The notes beneath the pieces are model-generated. The model was not told the DNA's origin, made no database searches, and saw nothing but the letters and a program-made list of their open reading frames with translations. DNA of 63,180 nucleotides, filler included, from Diploschistes diacapsis (Eukaryota): assembly GCA_023645945.1 (NCBI GenBank). It is 17 parts of 17 records of this genome, joined end to end, with 100 filler letters (N's around TTAATTAATTAA, not from the genome) between each part and the next. Parts side by side here need not be neighbours in the genome. Positions count along the whole stretch, not along the records: positions 20,865 to 41,603 come from JALAIB010000328.1; 16 more parts are not named here. One strand, 5' to 3'. Shown here piece after piece: positions 22,419 to 32,167 of the stretch. The stretch's first letter is position 1, and each line of letters starts with the position of its first letter. Position numbers and translations under genes: made by a program.

Positions 22419-23222
22419 CTAGTACCCCACCATGCTCCGCCTCCTCTTGCTCCTCTGCTGCGCATCCCACCTCTCCCGCCTCTCCTCCTCCTCCGCCTTC
22501 ATCGTCTTCGTCTTCTTCCACCCGTTGACCGCATTGTTCACGCAGATGGCGCCCACGCCCACGCTGAACAGGTCCATGGCGAGCGCCTTGTTGCGCTTGC
22601 TCTTGGCCTCGCTGCCGCACATGAGGCCCTCGCGCACGTCCTCCTTGCGCGCCTTGTGCGCCTTGCTGCTCTGGTAGATGTTGTTGGTCGCCGCGATGGT
22701 CGTGATGGCCGCCAGGCCCGTGTACAGCAGCTGCTTGTTGCGCGCCTTCTTCTGCCGCTCCGCCTCGTCGTGCGAGTTGTAGGCCGGGTCCTCGTCCATC
22801 GGGTGCGCGACGGGCCTGGGCACCAGGCTCGATTGCCGCCGGGCGGGGGCGTCTGCGCAGTCATATGAGCATGGCGCAATGTAGGGGCCGACCTGGTGGT
22901 CGTTACCGTTTGGCACGGAGCCCTGTCTTGAAGTAGAGCCGTGTCGCGAGGACCGGCGGCCGCGGTCCGAGCCGACGGAGCGCGAGCGCGATTGGCCTTC
23001 TTCGTAGCGGATCATGTCTACGTCGCGGTGACGCCGCGAAGATGAGGAGCCTTGGGAAGAGACGCTGGACCGGCCGCGCCGATGCTCCTCGGGGCGCTCG
23101 CCGTAGTAGATGGGTGCAAAGTGGGGAGGGGCCACGGCAGCTTTGCGGGCGGGGGATTCAGAGTGGCGGCGCTCGATGTAGACTTCCTCGTAGAGGCCTC
23201 GGTCGTTGAAATGTCCAGACAT
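22419..23222 (-). CDS. Hypothetical protein with a C-terminus resembling fungal DUF3824-containing proteins
   Basis: Probable start MSGHFNDR (context AAAATG at 23222). Arg/Ser-rich N-terminus, then RNKQLLYTGLAAITTIAATNNIYQS...KRNKALAMDLFSVGVGAICVNNAVNGWK. Confidence 0.6.
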   Translation of the reverse strand: MSGHFNDRGLYEEVYIERRHSESPARKAAVAPPHFAPIYYGERPEEHRRGRSSVSSQGSSSSRRHRDVDMIRYEEGQSRSRSVGSDRGRRSSRHGSTSRQGSVPNGNDHQVGPYIAPCSYDCADAPARRQSSLVPRPVAHPMDEDPAYNSHDEAERQKKARNKQLLYTGLAAITTIAATNNIYQSSKAHKARKEDVREGLMCGSEAKSKRNKALAMDLFSVGVGAICVNNAVNGWKKTKTMKAEEEERRERWDAQQRSKRRRSMVGY

Positions 23223-25014
23223 TTTGACGGAGGTTTTGCGTTTATGTGAAAGAGTATTAACAGGTGTTGGATAGAGAGGAAGGGTAAAGTAATGCGAAGA
23301 AGAACTCGAGTGCAAAATGGAAGGAAATATATTAAAAGACAATAGTAGTCGCTAAAGGTGCAGCAGGAAGAAAAGAAACTGATACTTGCGCCAGTTGATG
23401 AGAATCAGAACCAGCAAAGGGACGGGGAGCCCATCTTTAATATGTGCTGGACAGACATGAGAATGCAAGGTACAATTGTTGGTATCGCTGATTCTCGTTG
23501 CAGTTGTTTGAGGCTCCGGTGCAAAGGTTTTCCGTTTAGGTCAAAAGTTGGGCGTTGGAGTTTGTGTGGGGTTGGTTCCCCCATTTCGAGATTTCTGAGA
23601 GGCTGAACTCAGTTTGTTACAGTCGCTGCTGCAAGCCAATGAGTTGCTGACAGCTGCAGCCAGTGATTTCGGGGAATCCTCTGACTGGATTGCCTTGTAC
23701 TGTTGTTGAGATATTCAATTTGTGATGCACTGAGACACGGTGTTCTGACCTCTACAACATGGCTTCTCCCAAAGCGGTTGGTTTTGCGTGCAACAACAAA
23801 ATATAGAAAGCAACAGACATGACATCACGCAACTAGGTGTACTCGACCGTTTCTTTGATTCTTCATTTCAGATCTGCCAGGCCCAGAACGGGTGCGATAA
23901 GCATCGACTGAACTGTAGGAGAATTATCCCATGTAGACTGGCGCGACGCGGTCCATCCTAACGCCTACACAAGCATCAAACAGTCGCACAGTGAATGTGC
24001 TTACGTCAAGCGAGGCCCAGATGGATACTTCCTTCCTCGATCTCCAAGAGCAAGGGCAAGCCCTGTTAAGATCGATCAGTCGACGTATCTGTTTTGTCTG
24101 GACCAAGTGGTGGTCGTCTGCAAGAGGTCGGTTTCGCATGGCAAGCCAGAAGGATAGACATTCAAAGAATCCAACTTGCGCGCGTTCAAGCATGTCAAAA
24201 CCAACCCTCTGGGCATTGGTTTTTCCTTGACAGCAGCTGTGTTGGACAATGAGTTTCCGAGCTTCTGATCAGGAAAACCTCTTGAAGCAGGATAACCATC
24301 AAAGATTACTCTGGCGAGGACCCCAAAGGATACTCGGCATAAAATGGCGGTCCGATGTGCAATGAATAAGTCCTTCTGCCCTTGACAGCCTTCGTGAGCG
24401 CTGCAAAGCCAAATATGTAAGTATGGAGAATGAAGAAAAGTTTGTGCAGTTGGACTCGGGATATTAGAATGATTGAAAGTTACAAAGCCACGCTAGGCCT
24501 TGCAAAGCGTAACCACGTGACTTGCTGCTTGCGGCCAGCTTGGATTGAAGACCACAAATTCTGCATCGTTATACCGCACAAGCAGATTAGTAGAACACAG
24601 ACTACTCAGAATACCCTCAACATATGGACAGAGCCCAAGAGTGTCGAGGCTTAAATGTCTCGCATGAAAAGGTTCAGGAGAGTTCCAAGGAAGACGGTGG
24701 AAGCTCGATAAGTACACGCCCACTTTAGTCTTGGAACAAGGGGTTAGTTGCCTAACCTAAGGTGTTGCGTTGACACACACCGCGGCCGTTCAGTTCACGT
24801 ACCGGCAGTAGCATGAACGATTTAGAAAGGGCAGATCTACTTTACAAAGTCGCTCATTCCAGAAATCATCACTCTCGCTAATCTTGGCTTCCTGTTGAAC
24901 TGCTGCTAACTTGATAGATGTCGAGTTTAGTTTGAGCTCTTGAGTCGCTGAAGCTCTCTTTGAGGGAGCTATATTTCGGCGTCGCATTCCCTGTTCGTCC
25001 ATCATATCTCGAAA

Positions 25015-26422
25015 ATGGCGCAGTACATGATGGATCTTTTATACTCCCTCACCAATTGCCTCTACTGCTTCCCAGGCTCTCCGAACCTGAAAGTCAACAA
25101 CAAAACGTACAAGATGCTGCGGCTACTAGGGGAGGTAAGCTTCTTCACCATCGGGTGCTTGTGACAGTGACAAGCCATTGGATCTGACCAACACCTGTAG
25201 GGTGGCTTCTCCTACGTATATCTCGTCCAGGACACAAACTCCGGGCACCTGTATGCGCTCAAGAAGATCCGGTGTCCTTTTGGCGAGGAATCCGTTGCGC
25301 TCGCGTTGCGGGAATGCGAAGCATACGCCCTTTTCTCTCCGCATCCAAACATCATCCATTCGTTAGATTATCAAGTCGTCGACGCAAGAGACAAAACCGA
25401 TCCGGGGAGCAAGACAGTCTACATAATATTACCGTACTACCGACGAGGGAATCTACAAGATGCCATCAATGCCAACTTGGTGAACCACACGCATTTTCCG
25501 GAACGGCGATTGATGATTCTGTTCCTAGGAGTCGCAAGGGCACTGGAAGCGATGCACAATTATCGGATAAAGGGCGCGCCCGGTGGATCAGCTGCGCAGG
25601 AGAGGGCTAGGGGAGTACGGCAATTCGCGGCGGACGAGGACGCCGATGCTGCGCAGAAAGCGCAACGAGCAAGCAATGTCGAAGCCGAGCAAACGCCACT
25701 GATGCCGGATGAAATAACACAAAGCCAAGAAGGGATTGAGGCTGGCGAGCTACGGGCATATGCGCATAGAGACATCAAGCCAGGTGGGTGCCGTCTTTTC
25801 AGAGCCTCCAGAGAGCACGATATATACAGACAGGGCTGCTTTGCTGACTGTCTTAGGAAACATAATGATAGCGGATGACGGGAAGACCCCCATCCTTATG
25901 GACCTTGGCTCTCTCGCTACCTCACCAGTCGCCATCACCTCGAGATCGCTCGCGCTTCAGGTGCAAGATACTGCAGCAGAACACAGCACCATGCCTTACC
26001 GTGCGCCCGAACTGTTTGACGTCAAGACGGGCACGATAGTGGATACGAAAGTCGATATCTGGTCCTTCGGATGTACATTATACGCGTGCTTGGTCGGCAA
26101 GAGTCCCTTCGAAGCGCGAAGCGAAGAGACAGGAGGCAGTCTCAGTATATGCGTGCTTGGTGGCGACTGGAGGTTTCCGGACGAAGGCCCTCCAAAAACT
26201 GGGGGCAAGAGCAGAGTCCAAACGCCTGCCATAGGGCGACCCAACGGGCTACCGGGTGCGCCGAACGGAGCTCCGGCGGAAGAAAGCGTAATAAGCGATT
26301 CCGTCAAAGAGATCGTTCGCAGGTGTCTACGCGTTGAGCCAGCCGAAAGGCCGGATATCGATGAGATTATCAAGATGGTCGAGGATTGTGTGGCGGAACT
26401 GCCGGAAGATGGATCCGAATAA
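25015..26422 (+). CDS. ENV7: NAK-family Ser/Thr kinase, ENV7/STK16-like
   Basis: Exons 25015-25134, 25201-25783, 25857-26422. N-terminal NCLYCFP (palmitoylation-type Cys), LGEGGFSYV, ALKKI, HRDIKPGN, MDLGS, AAEHSTMPYRAPELF. Confidence 0.9.
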
Positions 26423-27196
26423 AGCTGCAAATATTATGACAGATACGGAATTGGGGATAGGCGCCTGTGCGTTGAGCGTACAGTGGCAGGATTTATGGCC
26501 TCTGATTTATAGTAAGGGTGAAATCCTGTATGCTATGGGATCAGGTGAAAGCGTGCACGCGTTGGACAGAGATCTAATGAAGCGCTTGATGTCAACTATA
26601 GTAAAAGCAAACAGAGGCCGGGCCAGTGTACATTTGAAGCCATCTGCTAAGGAAAGCAGGTTACCTTCTGCAATGCATGATCTTGTCAAGTTTCTTAACT
26701 TCAAATTAAATAAAAGCGGAATACAATTATAAGTTGTGGAAAGACGGTTTTGCTTGTATTATCTCAAAAGCCTCTCCTAGGAAACTTATTTTGTGGAGGC
26801 AGCATTTGGATGGAGCTCTAGTGACTACGGCTAGGAGCGGCCAAACAAATTGTATACTGCTGTCAAATCCGGAAAACTGTCGCACTTCACTCCAGTCATG
26901 CTCAGTTGCTTGTTCGGTGGACAAGCACCAGTTACTCGGAGATGCCAGCAATCTTTCCTTGCAGAGAGCTTTTCTGAAAACACTCGAGCTAAGATATCAT
27001 CAGGCCAACATAGTGCAGCAATGGCAGAGACGCAGCTAGCTGGTATCCATCCACCAGGTTTTGAGGTATCTCCGTCATTAATTATACTGTATATTGCCTA
27101 ACCAGGAAACAGACCCTAAACGTCTATTGCAATACTGAAAGCTGCATCCTACTACTCCTGTCTACCTCATGATTATACACAACTCTCCTTTGCTTG

Positions 27197-30196
27197 CTAA
27201 TCACGTGAGCGTGATCTCCTATACTTCCCAATACCAAACCAACGCGAAGCCCAGTTTCCTCCTTCATCCTCGATTCTGCTTGCATCATCCTCTTCGAACT
27301 CGGCAAGTGTCATGACAGGCTGCGTTGTTCCTGGACTTGGAGATCTTAGGATTAACGTTTTATCTTCATCTGGTGAACTGCTTTTCTTCCCAACTGCTGC
27401 TGGAGATCTTCGCTTGGATAATGCCGTATTCCCCTTTGGTGGACTGCTTTTGCTCTTATCTGTGGCTTCAGGCTCCATCATCGCCTCTTCCCTTTCTAAC
27501 ACCGCTTCATCGCTCCTTTCCCGGATCCTGCCATCTAGTGTCTCGGCCCCAGGCAATAGCCAGGCTCCCCATTCCACGTCCACTAGCGCTTGCTCCGCTG
27601 GTCTCATCCGCCTCCGTTCTTCCGCCGCCTTTTCCGCCAGTGCTGCCTGCTGCGCCTGCACTTCTGGCGTCTCCGTCCTCTTGCTTGGCTGCTCCTCTTT
27701 TTTGTTGCTCTTTTCCACAAACCCCCGTCTTCGCCTTTTAGCTGACCTTTCGCTGATAAATTCGATTTCAACTTCTTTTGTGTCTATTTTGCCATTCTCG
27801 TTCCTCCTTTCCCCTCTATCCCCTTGTCTCTGCTTTCTGACAGACCTCTCGCTAACGATCTCGACTTCAACTTCGTTTGCGTCTGCTTTGCCTTTATTGT
27901 CCGGCTTCCAAGTTTTGCCGCCCTCACTTTCCTTTCTTCTTTTCTTAACTGGCTGCACTTTAACGAACTCTACTTCATTGGCCTCTTCATCCGCACCTTC
28001 CTCCTTTTTCACCTCTTTCCAAGCCTTAGCTCCCTCGCTCGTCTTCCTTTTCTTCTTAACGGATCTTTCCTCAATAAATTTGACTTCGTCGTCGTCGCTC
28101 GAAATCTCAATCTTTCCCTCGTCCCACTCCTTCGCGCTATCGCTTTGGTATTTCCTTTTCCTGATAGGAGCTGGGTAGGTAGCCTCCGCCGTGTTAACAG
28201 CTTCATGTACTCCAGTACTCGGTTCGTTCGACGCTTGATCCAATTCGTCACAGAACCTATTATCCATACCGGTAAATTGCCTGGTACCAAAACGCTTATG
28301 CCATGGGTCCGGCTCATCCTCGTCTTCCAGACCATCGCTCTGCAGATCCGCCGTGTCGTCTTCCAGATTGACTGGACATTGCAGATGTCCAGGATTAAGT
28401 TTCTCGACATTCGTGCCATTTTCCACCCCATCGTAACCTCGATCGACACCCTCATTATCCTGGGCACCATCACCACCATCGTTTCCTTCATTCCGCGAAC
28501 TCGTCTCCCGCTCGTTCCTTTCTCTCCCTTTTCTGGCCAGAAATTCCTCCAGAGTTTCCGTTAACGGGATATCCGGGTGGTGAATATTTATCCAGTCCTC
28601 CATGTGCTGTGAAATTATCCCATGCTCTCCGTTTTCGTTAATCTCAATGATATTGCTCTCCGACATCGGCTTGCCTTCTTCCGCCTCTGGTTCCTTCTCC
28701 TTGCCGTGATCTTTCTTTTCCCCCTCGCTGTCCTTCTTTGAAGGTCTCCCCCTCTTCTTCTTTTTTCCCTCGTCCTGGTCTTTCTCATTCCCTTCGTTCA
28801 CTTTCTTTAGAGGTCTTCCCCTCTTCTTCTTTTCCTCGCCCTCGTCATTCTCCTTTCCCTTTTTGTCTTTTTTTGAAGGTCTTCCCCTCTTCTTCTTTTC
28901 CTCGCCCTGGCTTTTCTTCGCCCCTTCTTTGCCTTTCTTCGGAGGTCTTCCCCTCCTCTGCTTCTTAACGTCCCCCGTCGAAACCAACGGCATCAAGCCC
29001 TCAACAGTTTCCGGTAACTGTTCCTCTTCCCCCACCTCATTCTTTCCCTGCAACTGCTCTTCTTCCTCCCTCTCATCGTTCTCCTGCGACCCAACACGGA
29101 ACCTCTGAGAAGCCCGGGAAGCTACGGCATCTCGGAGACGCTCGCCGAAGGATACATACGGCGCGACCGTTTCTTTAACGATGGCAGCAGTACTGGACAA
29201 TGTTTTCTCCAGGTCCTTCCTTGTCTTCTTCGGCATTCGTTGCAAATACTTCGTAGAAGCTGCTTTGTGGGCACCGATCCGTGCGTCCTGGGAATCTGTA
29301 TGCGCAACCCGGGCATCCTCATACGCTTTCTCGGCAGACTCAACCTGCAATCCAGCCACTCTGCGAACCTTTTCCGCATTTTGTGAGGCACCGGCCCTCC
29401 TGGCACTTCTCCTGGCCGGATTCACCTCGAAGGCACCCCTACGCGCCTCTTCAGCAAAGATGCGAGCTTTCTCCACCCTCTGCGTCGCGGCTTTTACTTC
29501 GTCCCGTGCGGTTGCTTCTGCTTGTCTCTGTACCTCGGTCTCGGCCAGCATCTTCTCCCTGGGGTTGGGAGCGCGCTTCCGGGGCCCTGTAACGTAGATG
29601 ACGTCCCCTTCATCCGTATTCCTTGCTGGATTTACTGTCGCCTGTCGTTCGTTCTTTTTCTGCTCCTCCTCCTCCTCCTCCTCCTCCTCCTCCTCCTCCC
29701 GCTGCTGCTGCTGCTGCTTCTTCTTCTTCTGCTGCTGCTGCTCCTCTTCTTTCTTCTGCTCCACCTTCCTCTTCTGCTCATCCTTCTTCTTCTGTCCCTC
29801 TTTCTCCTTCCTCTGCTCCTCTTCCCTCCGCAACTGCCCGCCACCATCGAACTTCGACGGACTGTAATACTCCGGCCTCCTCGTTGCGCGCGTCGACACC
29901 CGGCTCGGCTCCACCTTCGCTTTCCCCTTCCCCTTTTTCGTCGTCTTCTCCCTAGTCTTCGTCCCCGCTTTCGTCTCTGCTCCAGGCTCTACCCCAACTC
30001 TCCCTTTCCTTACACCTTTCTTCTTATTCTTGCTCGCTTGTGCGCCTTTCGCCTTGCTCGTCGACGGTGCTGTTTCTGTCGCTGCCTCTTCTGTCTCTAG
30101 AACATCTGGCTCGGGACCTATGGCCGGGCCTACACCTGCGCCCGCCTGGGGCTGGGGCTTTGACCGGGCCTTGGGCTTTTGTCGGCGAGGAGGCAT
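27197..30196 (-). CDS. 999-aa charged low-complexity protein with four AT-hook-like (KRGRP) repeats
   Basis: Intronless ORF with poly-E/Q/K tract, a coiled-coil-like segment, RRGRPPKK / KRGRPSKK / KRGRPLKK / KRGRPSKK, and four hydrophobic-core plus basic-cluster repeats. No globular domain recognised. Confidence 0.65.
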   Translation of the reverse strand: MPPRRQKPKARSKPQPQAGAGVGPAIGPEPDVLETEEAATETAPSTSKAKGAQASKNKKKGVRKGRVGVEPGAETKAGTKTREKTTKKGKGKAKVEPSRVSTRATRRPEYYSPSKFDGGGQLRREEEQRKEKEGQKKKDEQKRKVEQKKEEEQQQQKKKKQQQQQREEEEEEEEEEEEQKKNERQATVNPARNTDEGDVIYVTGPRKRAPNPREKMLAETEVQRQAEATARDEVKAATQRVEKARIFAEEARRGAFEVNPARRSARRAGASQNAEKVRRVAGLQVESAEKAYEDARVAHTDSQDARIGAHKAASTKYLQRMPKKTRKDLEKTLSSTAAIVKETVAPYVSFGERLRDAVASRASQRFRVGSQENDEREEEEQLQGKNEVGEEEQLPETVEGLMPLVSTGDVKKQRRGRPPKKGKEGAKKSQGEEKKKRGRPSKKDKKGKENDEGEEKKKRGRPLKKVNEGNEKDQDEGKKKKRGRPSKKDSEGEKKDHGKEKEPEAEEGKPMSESNIIEINENGEHGIISQHMEDWINIHHPDIPLTETLEEFLARKGRERNERETSSRNEGNDGGDGAQDNEGVDRGYDGVENGTNVEKLNPGHLQCPVNLEDDTADLQSDGLEDEDEPDPWHKRFGTRQFTGMDNRFCDELDQASNEPSTGVHEAVNTAEATYPAPIRKRKYQSDSAKEWDEGKIEISSDDDEVKFIEERSVKKKRKTSEGAKAWKEVKKEEGADEEANEVEFVKVQPVKKRRKESEGGKTWKPDNKGKADANEVEVEIVSERSVRKQRQGDRGERRNENGKIDTKEVEIEFISERSAKRRRRGFVEKSNKKEEQPSKRTETPEVQAQQAALAEKAAEERRRMRPAEQALVDVEWGAWLLPGAETLDGRIRERSDEAVLEREEAMMEPEATDKSKSSPPKGNTALSKRRSPAAVGKKSSSPDEDKTLILRSPSPGTTQPVMTLAEFEEDDASRIEDEGGNWASRWFGIGKYRRSRSRD
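29660..29770. repeat. Compound trinucleotide microsatellite (CTC)n(CTG)n(CTT)n within a CDS
   Basis: Seen directly; encodes EEEQQQQKKKKQQQQQREEEEEEEEEEEEQ on the minus strand. Confidence 0.85.
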
Positions 30197-32167
30197 GTTG
30201 ATGCTGGTAGGTTACTGGCTGGGCGATAGAAGAACAGGGTGTACGGTGAGGGATGGTGATGGGGTTAGTGGAAGTGTTGCTTGCTAGGCGGCGTTTTGAG
30301 GAAAGGGGGATGGGGAGGCGTAATTTGGATGCTGGGGGATGGTCACTTGAAAAGTTGGGAGGGTTCATATGTTTGCTTGGTGTGAAAGATATGGTGAGAA
30401 CAGATATGCGGGATCCAGGGAAAGACGTCGATGGTCGGTGCGAATGGAAGTGGAGCTGAAGGGGTGAGCGGGGGAGAGCTTTGAAGGAGGTCTGCGACAA
30501 AGAAAGAGATGAGAGGTCGGGAGTGGTATAGTCATAGTGGGTAACATGTCCGGAAACGGCAATTTCTTTGAGTGTTTGAGCACATGAACAGGATGGAGGA
30601 GAGATTGTGGTGACGATAACGCGCAATACGGAAAGGGTTAGATAGACCTGTGCTCTAGTTCGACGTTGAATATATTGATAGAGTGCATGATGCAGTCCTC
30701 ACCGTAATAGTAGCACTTGGGATAGAGCATACAACAAGAAAGCATAACGCGTAATTCACAATACCTTGCTTTTCCCTTCCGTTCCCTTCCCCTCCCTCAC
30801 GCCCATCAAGGCTCCCTCGGCCTTGCCGGGTGCAATAACCCAACCCTCGCTCCCCAGCTCTACAAACCCACCACCCCATGAGAAACAGTGAACGCAGCCA
30901 GCTGGCGCCTATTCCTGCCCCCTCTATCCTCCAAGTCCCGGCCCAAGATGCTATACCCTCTAAATCATCCCGTACCATCGTACCATCGAAGCTAGAACAA
31001 CACAAGTACAACAACCACCCACTCCTAAACTCAGACTTCATTCAACCTTCTCCTTTCTCAACTCCCAAGGACTCAAACCAGTTGTGGCAGACTGAGATCC
31101 ATGGTGCGGTGCCCAGCAATTGGGCACTAGCAATAGCAATAGCAATAGCAATATGAATAGAAAATGGAAGTAAAGAAAAGGAAAAGCGCCAACTAAAACT
31201 AGCCCTATTCCGGCCTCTTTTCTCCCCCCAAAAAAAACCCGGGAAAAAAAAAAGGGGGGGAATAGCCTTGGACAAAAAAAGCACGTGGACTCAACTTTCC
31301 CACCTGCTCTTTTTCTGCATTCGTCCTCGCCCCCCCATTATTTCGACCTCATATGCACGTCCACACTTGACGTTCTGGTTACCCCCCGCTTCCGGTAAAA
31401 ACGTACCGGTGTTTATTATTATTATTATCGTTGTTGTTGTTTGGAAAGTCGAGCGGAAAGTCGGGTCGGATGTTTTTTTACGGGTATTTCGATTTACTGA
31501 TGGATACTGATAAGTTATTCTTTTTCCTGAGATCTAGATCCAGGCCGAGATCCAGAAGGCAGGCTTTTAATTGCGGATGGGGATTGGATGGATGGGCGTA
31601 CTGTAGATTGGTTGGCTTTTGGTATTTTTGAGCGACGTTGGCCCCTTCCCCCCCCCATATGCGGTATGAGAAAATGGTTTAGTTCATTGGGTGGTGGTGT
31701 CGTAGGGATGTTTAATAGTATCGTGGGCCTTGGAGCCGCAAAAGGAATGGAGGTTTCGAACAACAATCTTGGATGCAAGGCGGATATTGAAAGGGTCAGT
31801 GACGCGGCCGAGCAGCGCTCAGTCTAAGTCGAGTGCTGGTATATAGTAGATCAGAAGAGTACAGCGAGCACAAAGCCTTGCTTTCACCGGGCAAGTACGT
31901 TATGGTTCGCAGGTACAGATTATCCCCAGTGCTGTCTGCGATCGCAGGGCATAGCGCCTTCAGTCCAAAAGTTCCGGCACTGGAGGCTTGAAAAGAGGAA
32001 GAGAAAGAAGAAAAGCAATCAGACATTATCAAACGAGCGCTATTAGTACACGTACAAACTCCACCCTCGAAAACTCAACTCAATGAGAGAGGGTTATGTA
32101 TCATCCGCCACCCGCCCTATCCTAAGCCGTCCTTTACAACCATTCGAAGTGCCGCCCAGCAGCGCTC

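Noticed and set aside
31125..31290. (GCAATA)n repeat and homopolymer runs
   Set aside because: Ordinary intergenic simple repeats with no further structure.
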